This document shows positions 28,017 to 37,008 of a stretch of 61,136 nt of DNA, in pieces. The notes beneath the pieces were generated by a model. It was not told where the DNA came from. It saw nothing but the letters and a program-made list of their open reading frames with translations, and ran no database searches. The translations under genes were made by a program, and so were the position numbers. How positions within the stretch are numbered: the stretch's first letter is position 1; each line of letters opens with the position of its first letter. The DNA comes from a virus (lineage: Duplodnaviria > Caudoviricetes), in IMG/VR virus record IMGVR_UViG_3300019124_000008, positions 1 through 61,136 of that record; one strand, written 5' to 3'.

Positions 28017-28640
28017 ATGCCAAGAACGAAAAAAACAATTCATACGATTGCCGAATTTAACGGATTTACGAATTTTAAGACACATTGCGGATTGGATATA
28101 ACCGGCAATGAAATTGACAAAGGCGAAAAATTCGCCGAAGTAATCGAAGCGGGAGCCACGAAAAGAGAGATCAGCCGGATTAATTGTCTCGAATGCGTCA
28201 AAAAATATCACGCGCTTTTGCAAGACGAATTTTACAAGCGACATTGGAAGGATTACAGCAAAATCGAAAAAGTTTTTGCCGAAAAGATCGAGAAAGCGGC
28301 GGCTGAAGAGCCGCCAAAATCAGCCGCCGAAAAGATACAGGCGGCGGCTGAAAAATTCGAAGGTTTTACGGCTGATAGTAACGGAAACATTCTGGACATC
28401 AAAAGCGGCTTCGCTGTCTCGGTAAAAGATTTTGGGGAAGACCTCGGCGGCTTGCTCGAATATGTCAAGAAAAACAACCTTTTCATTGGATTTTGGAAGG
28501 ATGCCAAGACGGGAAAAAGATATTTTGACGCGGTTGACATCGTAGAAAAAAGAGAGACGGCAATCGAGATCGGCAAACAAACAAACCAAATTGCAATTTG
28601 GGATTTTGCGCGGTTTGAAGAGATTAGGATTGCATACTAA
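28017..28640 (+). CDS. Hypothetical two-domain protein
   Basis: THCG..CLEC N-domain; GFW.D..G.RYFD..AIEIG..NQIAIWD C-domain. Confidence 0.65.
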   Translation: MPRTKKTIHTIAEFNGFTNFKTHCGLDITGNEIDKGEKFAEVIEAGATKREISRINCLECVKKYHALLQDEFYKRHWKDYSKIEKVFAEKIEKAAAEEPPKSAAEKIQAAAEKFEGFTADSNGNILDIKSGFAVSVKDFGEDLGGLLEYVKKNNLFIGFWKDAKTGKRYFDAVDIVEKRETAIEIGKQTNQIAIWDFARFEEIRIAY

Positions 28641-28710
28641 AAGATTTTCGGTTTGACGTAACTTTTTAGTTGACATATTAAATAGTATTTGATACTCTTA
28701 TATCAGTTAA

Positions 28711-28761
28711 GGCGGTTTGAACGTGCTAGGGAAAGCCAAAAGACAAAATCACCAAGCCGCC
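28711..28761 (+). ncRNA. 33-nt-loop leader RNA motif, copy F
   Basis: Stem GGCGGTTTG/CAAGCCGCC; follows TTGACA 28670. Confidence 0.7.
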
Positions 28762-28824
28762 GACAGCTAAAAAATTTTGAAGTTAGATCATATCAAATAC
28801 ATTTTGAAAGAGAGGAAAGAAAAA

Positions 28825-29466
28825 ATGAATTTACCGAATTTCGATACTTTAGTTGAAAACATCTTGGCGGTTTATAACCAAGCGGCTGAAATAGAAAAAA
28901 CCGAGTCAATCCAATGGTACGACAGTGCATTTATCGAATGCACCAAGATCGGCGAATTGTTCGGAGTTGACAGCAAAGCGGCAATCGCGGTTTGCGCGGT
29001 TCTCTCGCCAAACAACAATTGGAACCGCAACTTGATTGACCTTATGACGGTTTTACGCGCTTTTGAGAGCGGCAAACTTGAAAAGCTATATAACGAATAC
29101 AAAGCCGGAAAAAAGACGGCATTTCACGCGCTCGGCATTGCAACTTACTCGCCTAATATTGCCAAGGCATTCGAGATTCTAACCGGCAACTTCGATTCTC
29201 TCAAAGGTCAAAAAGTAACGGCTTTCTTTCATAACATCTACTATCCGAATAGCGAGCTTGTAACGATTGATTTTCACGCCTATTCAATAGCGGTCAACTT
29301 TCGTCATACCGCCAAGACTTGTCCGAATATATCGGCGGCTGAAAACCGGATTTTACAGGATGCATACAAGACGGCGGCTGAAAAGATCGGCTTGCTTCCG
29401 AAGCAACTTCAAGCGGTAACTTGGGTAGTATGGCGTCGGCTGCACAATATCAGATTCGCGGGATAA
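28825..29466 (+). CDS. Phage protein with HhH-GPD glycosylase-like motifs
   Basis: WY, AVLSPNNNW, GQKVTAF, VTIDFH, LQAVTW. Confidence 0.6.
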   Translation: MNLPNFDTLVENILAVYNQAAEIEKTESIQWYDSAFIECTKIGELFGVDSKAAIAVCAVLSPNNNWNRNLIDLMTVLRAFESGKLEKLYNEYKAGKKTAFHALGIATYSPNIAKAFEILTGNFDSLKGQKVTAFFHNIYYPNSELVTIDFHAYSIAVNFRHTAKTCPNISAAENRILQDAYKTAAEKIGLLPKQLQAVTWVVWRRLHNIRFAG

Positions 29467-29526
29467 AAAAAAATTTACTCGGCATTCATATCAAAATCAT
29501 TTTGAAAGAGAGGAAAAATAATCATT

Positions 29527-29631
29527 ATGTTTAGAAAAATTGACAGCGGAAGAGTAACGGCAATCTTGGTTTCTTGGTTTATCTTGTTTCTCATCTATCA
29601 GACTTTCTTGCTTTTGGTCAAATTGGTTTAA
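29527..29631 (+). CDS. 34-aa TM peptide (absent from ORF track)
   Basis: MFRKIDSGRVTAILVSWFILFLIYQTFLLLVKLV after the operator-GAGAGG block. Confidence 0.5.
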   Translation: MFRKIDSGRVTAILVSWFILFLIYQTFLLLVKLV

Positions 29632-30204
29632 TCCGATTGACCTTTGAAGGGAAGCAAGACAATAGCAACTTGCTTCCCCGGATGAGTGAAGTTTTTTGGT
29701 TTATCGTTTGGTTTATCGTTTTCTTATTGTTTCTTATCGTTTGGTTTATCGTTTTCTTATTCGGACAATCCGCGTACCAAACTCGGTTATTTGATAAAAA
29801 TTTTTCCCCGGATGCTTCCCCGGCTTTGATCGGCTAAGCGAATAAAGGCGTTTTAAGCGCGTTTTATCTTTCAAGGCATACCAAAGTAAGGCTTTGACGG
29901 TCAAACAGCCGAGAGAGCCGTTTCTGCTCAAATGTGAAGGCATTCCATCAAGGTCAATCGGCGGCTGATCGGCATTGCTTCCCCGGATTGACCAGCCGCG
30001 TTAAACCAAGTTGTTAAACATTTTGAGCCGATTGTTTAACATCGAGGTATAAGCAAAAATTTATCATCCATCAATAAAAATTATAGTTATCCAAGCCGGG
30101 GATGACCTTAAATTTTGCCGGGGGTACACCGACCGATGTGCGAGCTTGCGCGTATGATTTTTGGTTTTCGATAAAATTCCAGCCGCGAGGAAAAAACCGT
30201 ATAT

Positions 30205-30300
30205 ACTAACGGATTTACTAACGGATTTACTAACGGATTTACTAACGGATTTACTAACGGATTTACTAACGGATTTACTAACGGACATACCAACGGGTCA
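30205..30300. repeat. 12-bp tandem repeat ACTAACGGATTT, 6 perfect and 2 degenerate units
   Basis: Read directly. Confidence 0.95.
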
Positions 30301-30538
30301 TAAATCAAAGATCGCCACTCACCGACAACCCGAATTTTACCAAAAATCGCCTCGAAATTCAGCGTTTATCGAGCCGCCAAGTCGAATATCGGAACTTCAC
30401 ATCGGGGTTTAACATAATAAGTAACAAATAAGGGTGATACTTGGGGAGAGTATATTATTTAATAAGAGATCAATAAGAGATTACCATAATTTATACTCAT
30501 AAGAGCTACCATAACTTCTCTTTATGGGTAATAAAATC

Positions 30539-30563
30539 GGAACTTCTCCCTCTTTGGCATAAT
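30539..30563 (+). promoter_or_regulatory. Candidate late promoter GGAAC-N14-CATAAT
   Basis: Same spacing at 30391, 33182, 36975, 43812. Confidence 0.55.
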
Positions 30564-30821
30564 GGAATTGTCCTCGCGGGAATGATTCAAGAGATTCCCC
30601 GATTGAAAACTCCACACCAAGCAAATGTGGTCTCGAATTGGAGATCACTTCCCCTCACCCATAGCACATCTACTCCTTAACCCACCTTCAACCGGGTCAA
30701 GTTACCTTGCTGGCGAATCGAGCAATTCAACCCCCTCAAACCAAAGAAAGGGTGATTCCCAAAAGGCGGCTTGACCCCTTTTTTTATCCGATTTTCAACC
30801 ACCGCCAATTTTTCAACTGCC

Positions 30822-31967
30822 ATGATGAAATTCAACCGAAAAAAATTCTTCAAACTCGCCACTCCGATCATCGAGCGAAGCCGGGGAGCCGGACTGCTTC
30901 AATCTCAGGTTGACAATCTCAACCGGCTGCTCGACTTCATCGAACGCGATTCGCGCTTTGCCAAGTTCAGCAAGCGGGTCGCCGTTCGCATCATCGCCTA
31001 TTTTCTCGCTACCGTTCAGCTTGAAGCGAAGACGAAAATGACGATCAACGGAAAGCGCGTCTTCGTCTCGAACTTCGCGCCAATCCGCGAGATGGGTGGC
31101 GACGGCTACCTCAACCGAATGTACGATACGGGTCGCAAGGCGCGGATTCTCGGCAATACGCTCGACGCCGATGGAGACGGAGCAAGATTCGCCGGAGCCG
31201 GGTACGTTCAGGATACGGGTCGCGCCAACGCGATCAAGCTCGGCAAACGCCTCAAGGGAAGGAAGATTCGCCGGAGCGACGTTCAAGGCGACTCGCTCAA
31301 TGATCTGAAGGTCATTGAGGCGTTCAATCGGCTGTCGAAAGGCGCGGATTCCGTTTCGATTGACGAGAACACGTTCGTCGCGGAGCCGGACTTGCGGCTC
31401 GTTCCTTGGGTCAGTTATGAATCGGCAATCGACGGGATGCTCACCGGAAGATTTACCGGACGCAAAATTACCGACTACGTTTCCGAGTCGAGGAACGACT
31501 ACTACAACGCTCGGCGCGTCATCAACGGCGTCGTTCCCGCAGTCGCCGAGGAAATCGCCGAGAACGCACGGAAATTCGAGACCGCGCTGATCGAGTCAGC
31601 CGAGGAAATGGTCTCGGTCAACCCGAAAGAACCGGATTCGATCAGGGTTCCCGCTCCCGCGAGCGATCTGCCGCCGGTCGTCGCCGCGTCGGAGCCGAAA
31701 AAGAACGACGACGATTTTTTCGGGTCGTACATCGACAAGCGAGTCACACCGGAAAACGCCGAGGAAGTCGCCAAGACGGTCGGCAAACCGCTCTGGAGCC
31801 GCATTCTCACTTGGCTCGGCGTTCTCTACGCCGCGCTCGAAGCCGGAAACGTCTATGCGTGGCTCGGCGCAGCGGTTCTCGTCGTCGGTCTCGTCCTGTT
31901 CATCTACCTGATGCGCGAGCCGATCAAGCGGGTTCTCTCCCGCGTCAAGACGAAGATCGTCGGCTGA
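30822..31967 (+). CDS. Endolysin, GH19/lysozyme-like, with C-terminal TM segments
   Basis: AYFLATV..E, PIRE.G, LGNT..GDGARF.G.GYVQ.TGR.N, NARRVING. Confidence 0.8.
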   Translation: MMKFNRKKFFKLATPIIERSRGAGLLQSQVDNLNRLLDFIERDSRFAKFSKRVAVRIIAYFLATVQLEAKTKMTINGKRVFVSNFAPIREMGGDGYLNRMYDTGRKARILGNTLDADGDGARFAGAGYVQDTGRANAIKLGKRLKGRKIRRSDVQGDSLNDLKVIEAFNRLSKGADSVSIDENTFVAEPDLRLVPWVSYESAIDGMLTGRFTGRKITDYVSESRNDYYNARRVINGVVPAVAEEIAENARKFETALIESAEEMVSVNPKEPDSIRVPAPASDLPPVVAASEPKKNDDDFFGSYIDKRVTPENAEEVAKTVGKPLWSRILTWLGVLYAALEAGNVYAWLGAAVLVVGLVLFIYLMREPIKRVLSRVKTKIVG

Positions 31968-31987
31968 TGCGCTCCGCATTTCATTTT

Positions 31988-32032
31988 TGGGTCATCTGGG
32001 TCACCGCTTATAGCGATGAACCAAGTGACCCA
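31988..32032. repeat. 45-bp four-box element, copy 9
   Basis: Core CCGCTTATAGCGA (reverse orientation). Confidence 0.9.
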
Positions 32033-32079
32033 AAATTTTTCCATCAACCAATTCAACTGTCAAGGGAGACGTTACCGCC

Positions 32080-32817
32080 ATGTTTTGGATTATCGCTTCA
32101 ATCGCCTTTGTCATCGCTCTTTTCCTCGCCGCTCGCCACTTCAAAATGAAGAGAGCTGAAAAGAAAGCTCGCCGCCGACTTCCCTTTTACGGAGACCCCG
32201 ATCTGTCTGAGCTTTTCGGGTACGACACGCCGAAGGGAGCTTGGGTCGGAGCGCAGCGACCGCTTACCGCCGAGGAAAAGAACTTCATCTTCCCCCGCAT
32301 CGACGCGGGAATCGACATCTTTCTCGAATCGACCGCAAAGCTCGGCTACACCGCCTATCGGTCGCACCGCGACTTCCAGTTCGTTCTGCTCTCGGACATC
32401 GACCGCGACTCGGAAGGCAACCCGGCGATCAAGCTCCGGCTCGACCCCGGCAATCCTTGGATTGGAACCGAGTACGACAAAGGCGGCTATATGACGGTCG
32501 CCGGACTCGTTCTCGGACTCGGAGACCGGATTCTCACCGACCCGATGACGTTCCTTCCCCTGAACGCCGAGCGCGGAGCCTATTTGGTCGAGTCGGTCGC
32601 CAACGAATGCGAACACATCGGCGCGTTTTTCAACGACCGCGCTCTTTACGAGGAAACTTCAAGAGTTCACTCGCACCCGATCTACGACCGCACCGGCATT
32701 TCTCACCCGTACCTGCGGATTGTCGATACTCTTCGCGGTCTTATCGGACGCAAACGCCAGCCGATCACCTGCGGCTGCGCCGTCTTGGAGCAAAACAATG
32801 GAAAAAATCAGCTTTAA
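32080..32817 (+). CDS. Membrane-anchored hypothetical protein
   Basis: N-terminal TM; GGGAG RBS. Confidence 0.65.
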   Translation: MFWIIASIAFVIALFLAARHFKMKRAEKKARRRLPFYGDPDLSELFGYDTPKGAWVGAQRPLTAEEKNFIFPRIDAGIDIFLESTAKLGYTAYRSHRDFQFVLLSDIDRDSEGNPAIKLRLDPGNPWIGTEYDKGGYMTVAGLVLGLGDRILTDPMTFLPLNAERGAYLVESVANECEHIGAFFNDRALYEETSRVHSHPIYDRTGISHPYLRIVDTLRGLIGRKRQPITCGCAVLEQNNGKNQL

Positions 32818-33130
32818 CATTCCGCACATCGTCATTAATTCGCCGCTTCCCGACGACTTGCCGGACGGAGCCTTGGTGCGAATCGGAGACCGGCTTTTCC
32901 TCGCGGTCAGTTCCGGTCAGGTCGCGTCGCCGGAGCCGCCGCCGGTCGAAGAGCCGGTTCTTTTCGCTCTCGCGCTCGACGGAATCGGCTCGCAGATCGT
33001 CTTCGACCGCATTCCGACGCTCTACGACGCGAATTGCTGGACGATTGACGCGGTTGTTCAGTTTACCGAAAACGCCGACACCGGGTACATTGTCGGAAAC
33101 TTCGGCATCTTTTTGGTCGTAAGTGGTTGA
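32798..33130 (+). CDS. Hypothetical protein
   Basis: GGAG RBS. Confidence 0.55.
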   Translation: MEKISFNIPHIVINSPLPDDLPDGALVRIGDRLFLAVSSGQVASPEPPPVEEPVLFALALDGIGSQIVFDRIPTLYDANCWTIDAVVQFTENADTGYIVGNFGIFLVVSG

Positions 33131-33146
33131 AAGTTAAGTGAATAAC

Positions 33147-33178
33147 AAAAGGGAGACCTCGATGGGTCTCCCTTTTTT
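33147..33178 (+). terminator. Intrinsic terminator
   Basis: AAAAGGGAGACC-TCGATG-GGTCTCCCTTTTTT. Confidence 0.85.
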
Positions 33179-33266
33179 ATTGGAACACACATAGGTTTGT
33201 TAGAATTTTTTCAACTGCTAGAAATTTTCTTACCAATTTTCTCCACAAGGAAGGTTTACTGCCTCA

Positions 33267-34463
33267 ATGATCTATCAAACAACTACCAATTTACAGCAAT
33301 TTTCGTCGGGTTTCCGGCTCATTCTCCCGTTCGATTATCCACTCGCTGGCGGCGTGACCGCCGTCAACGAAACCGGAGACACTTGGGAAATCCGCATCGT
33401 CAAGCCGGACGGCAGTCAGATTCTCGTCAACGACTACGAATTTCCCGACAACTCAAAAGCCGAGATCGCCTGTCTGATCGAACCGCTCAACCTCGACCGC
33501 AAGGGAACCTACTACTATCAGGTCTCGAAGACGACCGGCAGCGCGGTTTTGAAGACTCCGGTACGTTCGTTTGAAGTCAACGCCTCGCTGCCGAACGGAG
33601 TCGTCGCGCCGGTCGAAAGCGGTCTCGCCGATTATTTTCCGATTTACGACTCGACCGGAGTGCTGACGCAATCGACGCTTCGCATCAACGAAAGTGGCGC
33701 ACTCGAACTTGACGGCACGTTGGTCGGCGGAGTCGCGCCAACGGCGTCGAGTGTATTCGGCTTTCCGGTCTTCCCCGACATCGGTCAGCGCGTTTATCAG
33801 TTCGCCACGAACATCCCGGCGGGTCACACCGACGCCTACCTCGTTCCGGCTGGCAAACGCCTCTTCGTGCGCGGCTATCAGGTGAGAAATCTTACTGGCA
33901 CGGCTGGCGCGGCATCGCTTCACATCAAGGACTCAGGCGGCACATACCGCCGGTTCAACCAGCAGAACACGGTCAACGGCAACTCGCATCGAGCCGACAT
34001 CAACCCGTTCATCGTTGAAGCCGGAGAGACGCTTGCCTTTTACTCATCGACCGGAAGCATGAATTACTATGCTCACGGCATTTTAATGGATAACACTTCG
34101 CGCATTAAGCGAGCGGTGGTCGAGCTTGTCAACGGAGATAACACGGTTTATACGGTTCCGTCCGGCAAGCGAGCCTTTCTCAGTTCGCTTACGCTCGGCG
34201 TGTTCGTCAACGTCACGACTCCGCACATCAACGTCATCAACGATTCGGGTTCGACCATCAGCCTGATTCCCTACTTCATTCCGAACGGTGCGACAAAAGC
34301 CTCAATCGGAGCGTGGGGAAGCGGCGTGGCGGTCGGCAACCTCGGAAGCAATACGGCGGCTGCGCCGGAATTGATGAACGCCGGAGACTCGCTCGTCGTT
34401 GAGGCGTCAGTCGGCGCGTCCGGCGCACGGTGCTATATCCTCTACATGGAACTCGACGCCTGA
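33267..34463 (+). CDS. Putative virion fibre/receptor-binding protein
   Basis: Beta-rich with two YxVP.GKR repeats. Confidence 0.6.
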   Translation: MIYQTTTNLQQFSSGFRLILPFDYPLAGGVTAVNETGDTWEIRIVKPDGSQILVNDYEFPDNSKAEIACLIEPLNLDRKGTYYYQVSKTTGSAVLKTPVRSFEVNASLPNGVVAPVESGLADYFPIYDSTGVLTQSTLRINESGALELDGTLVGGVAPTASSVFGFPVFPDIGQRVYQFATNIPAGHTDAYLVPAGKRLFVRGYQVRNLTGTAGAASLHIKDSGGTYRRFNQQNTVNGNSHRADINPFIVEAGETLAFYSSTGSMNYYAHGILMDNTSRIKRAVVELVNGDNTVYTVPSGKRAFLSSLTLGVFVNVTTPHINVINDSGSTISLIPYFIPNGATKASIGAWGSGVAVGNLGSNTAAAPELMNAGDSLVVEASVGASGARCYILYMELDA

Positions 34464-34508
34464 TTTTGGGTCATTTAACCATCGCTCAAGGAACAATCAA
34501 CATTCATT

Positions 34509-35399
34509 ATGAAGAAGTTATTTTTAATCACACTCTTGGCGGCGACCGCGTTCGTGGCGACCGCCTTTTCACAAAAGCAGAACTCGGACTCGCTGGCAAT
34601 GAGCGATTCGTTCGCACTGATCGACTCAAGTAGCCGAATCGTCTCGCGCTGGTCTTGGCGGCAGTACGACCCAGACCCGGCTTTAGTTGACTTCGGAACC
34701 ATCCACATCGGACTCGCCAAACGCGAACTTTCCGGCGGTCTGAACACGATTTTCGGCAATCAGACGAGCAGCGTCGCCAAGCTGACCGGAGTCAGCAATT
34801 CGCTTTTCGGTTACAACGCCGGGGGAAGCCTCACGACCGGATTCAGCAACGCGCTTTTCGGTCAGTCGGCTGGCGGCTTGACTTCAACCGGCTACCGCAA
34901 CACGATGGTCGGCTTTCTCGCTGGCGGCTGGAATGTTCACGCCGCCGATAACGTCTATGTCGGCTTCCGCGCCGGAACGCAGCAGTCGGCTCGCGGAGCT
35001 TGCGAAGCGAACTTCAACGTCATGGTCGGCATGGAGAGCGGCTATCAGTCGCAGTGCGGCTCGCAGAACACTTTTATCGGACATTTCGCCGGACGCAGCG
35101 CGAACGGCAGCCGCAACGTCTTCATCGGCAAGGACGCCGGACGATTTTTCCAAGGCGACGACCGGCTGCAAATCGCCAACAACTCGGCTCGACCGCCGCT
35201 CATCGACGGATTTTTCGGAAACGAAACCGGCAGTCACGCTTGGCTCAAGATCAACGGCTTGCTCGTTCTCTCGCCGATGACGGTCGCCGCAGGATGCGAA
35301 CTCGGTTCCGTCTCGTTCGATGACTCGTATCTATACATCTGCGTTTCCGGCTCGCAATGGAAGCGACTGCCGCTTGAAGACTTCAAATTTGGGGGATAA
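34509..35399 (+). CDS. Signal-peptide protein with N..G..AG beta-helix repeats
   Basis: MKKLFLITLLAATAFVATAFS; fibre-type C-terminus YLYICV..WKR. Confidence 0.65.
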   Translation: MKKLFLITLLAATAFVATAFSQKQNSDSLAMSDSFALIDSSSRIVSRWSWRQYDPDPALVDFGTIHIGLAKRELSGGLNTIFGNQTSSVAKLTGVSNSLFGYNAGGSLTTGFSNALFGQSAGGLTSTGYRNTMVGFLAGGWNVHAADNVYVGFRAGTQQSARGACEANFNVMVGMESGYQSQCGSQNTFIGHFAGRSANGSRNVFIGKDAGRFFQGDDRLQIANNSARPPLIDGFFGNETGSHAWLKINGLLVLSPMTVAAGCELGSVSFDDSYLYICVSGSQWKRLPLEDFKFGG

Positions 35400-35401
35400 C
35401 T

Positions 35402-35773
35402 ATGCCAACTTACACGACTTTACCGCCGGGTGCGGATTTGATGCAGAACAAAACTCACGCCTTTGTCATTGTCTCGGTCTCAGGCGACGTTGACCTCGGC
35501 TATTGGTGGCAGAAGACCGGCGGCTCGGCAAGCGAAAAGCTCAAGGTGACGCTTCTCAAGCCGAACGGCACGACGGTCGAAAAACTCGCCGAAAGCGGCG
35601 AAGTCGATCTTGTCAATACGAACCCGCCGTCGATCAAGGTGCTGATCGCGCCTTCCGACATTAATTTTGTCGGAAATCTGCGGATTTTCGCCGAGTTCAA
35701 AATTGACGACAGTTGGATTCAGTCCGATGTCGTCACGATGTCGGTGACCGACGACCCGATTCCCGAAGCATGA
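35402..35773 (+). CDS. Putative virion structural Ig-like protein
   Basis: Beta-rich; resembles N-terminus of 33267 protein. Confidence 0.5.
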   Translation: MPTYTTLPPGADLMQNKTHAFVIVSVSGDVDLGYWWQKTGGSASEKLKVTLLKPNGTTVEKLAESGEVDLVNTNPPSIKVLIAPSDINFVGNLRIFAEFKIDDSWIQSDVVTMSVTDDPIPEA

Positions 35774-36237
35774 GGAAATTTATGAAAAATCTCTGGACGA
35801 AAATTCAACTGGCGTTCTACGCCAACCCGACAATGTGGATTTTCGCCGCCGGATGCCTCTTGGTCGCCTTGTGGATTTATCTGCCACAGGCGACCGACTC
35901 TTTCAGTAAGCGGCGATACGAGCGGAAGATCGAGCGGCTCGATAGAGAAATCGAACAGCTTGACCGCGAGATCGACCAAAAGAAAGATGACGGCATCCGA
36001 AGCGAAGCGAAAGCGGAAGCCTACCGTGAAGCGGCTGAAATCGAATCAGCCGAAACGGGTGCGATCAAACGACAAATCGAAAGGAAGAAACAAAATGTCA
36101 GGAAAATCGAAAACAAAACTGCTGATGACGCTTCTCGCGTTATTGCTGACGATGCTGTTCCAAGCGCAGACGAGCTTTGCTCAAGAGCGAACCGGCTCGG
36201 AGTCCGGTGCGACCTCGACAAAATCCGAAGACGTTGA
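35770..36237 (+). CDS. TM plus coiled-coil protein (i-spanin-like)
   Basis: N-terminal TM, coiled coil, overlapped by next gene. Confidence 0.5.
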   Translation: MRKFMKNLWTKIQLAFYANPTMWIFAAGCLLVALWIYLPQATDSFSKRRYERKIERLDREIEQLDREIDQKKDDGIRSEAKAEAYREAAEIESAETGAIKRQIERKKQNVRKIENKTADDASRVIADDAVPSADELCSRANRLGVRCDLDKIRRR

Positions 36238-36577
36238 GCTTCGTAAGACGTTAAGCCGCGCTCTCGATGTGATCGAAGGCAAGAACCGGGAAATTGCCGA
36301 GCTTAAATCCGTTCAGGCAGACACCGAAGCGGCACTCGCGTCAACCGAGCGGGTCGCCGAATGGCGCAAAAAAGAAGCCGACGCCTACCGAGCGGCAATG
36401 GAAGCCGAGCGCGAGGCGCGTCGAGCGACCGAAGCGAAGGCAGAGCTTACCGAACAGAAATTCCAGAAAGCGGAAGAACGCATCGCAGACCTCGAAAAGA
36501 AACTCAAAAAATCCAATAAAAGGAGTAAAATCCTCGGCGTAGTGGCGGCTGTTGCAGTCAGCTTGCTCGTCTTCTAA
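36095..36577 (+). CDS. Signal peptide, coiled coil and C-terminal TM protein (spanin-like)
   Basis: Overlaps previous ORF by about 140 nt. Confidence 0.5.
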   Translation: MSGKSKTKLLMTLLALLLTMLFQAQTSFAQERTGSESGATSTKSEDVELRKTLSRALDVIEGKNREIAELKSVQADTEAALASTERVAEWRKKEADAYRAAMEAEREARRATEAKAELTEQKFQKAEERIADLEKKLKKSNKRSKILGVVAAVAVSLLVF

Positions 36578-36598
36578 GAGGATTGGAAAGAACGACCA

Positions 36599-36964
36599 AT
36601 GACCAACGACCCGACAATTACTTCACAACCGACCGAAACCGGCTTCCTCGCCGGTCTTTTGAAATATCTCCCGATCATTCAATGGGTCTTGACCATTATC
36701 TGCGCCGTGTCGATTTATGCCTTGGCGCAGCGGGAGTCACAGACGATTCAGGCACAGGAAATGCGGCAGACGACCGAGCGCGTCAAAACGCTCGAAGGCA
36801 AGTTCCAGCAGTCGGAAATCGACACCGAACGGCGTTTCAGCGAGCTTAAACGCGAAATGATGACCAAGGAACTGTTCGAGGAATTTCGGCGCGGCGACAC
36901 GGAAACCAAACAGCGCATCGAGAAGACCTTGCAGATCATCCTCGAAAAGCAGTCGAGACGGTAA
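36599..36964 (+). CDS. Single-TM coiled-coil protein (holin-like)
   Basis: One TM then charged helix. Confidence 0.45.
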   Translation: MTNDPTITSQPTETGFLAGLLKYLPIIQWVLTIICAVSIYALAQRESQTIQAQEMRQTTERVKTLEGKFQQSEIDTERRFSELKREMMTKELFEEFRRGDTETKQRIEKTLQIILEKQSRR

Positions 36965-37008
36965 CGGGAACCTCGGAACCTCATAGGTTACTGTATAGTG
37001 TAATTATT

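Noticed and set aside
30064-30412. ORFs with SKSV, LVNP and LTDL repeats
   Set aside because: Translations of the 12-bp tandem repeat, no RBS
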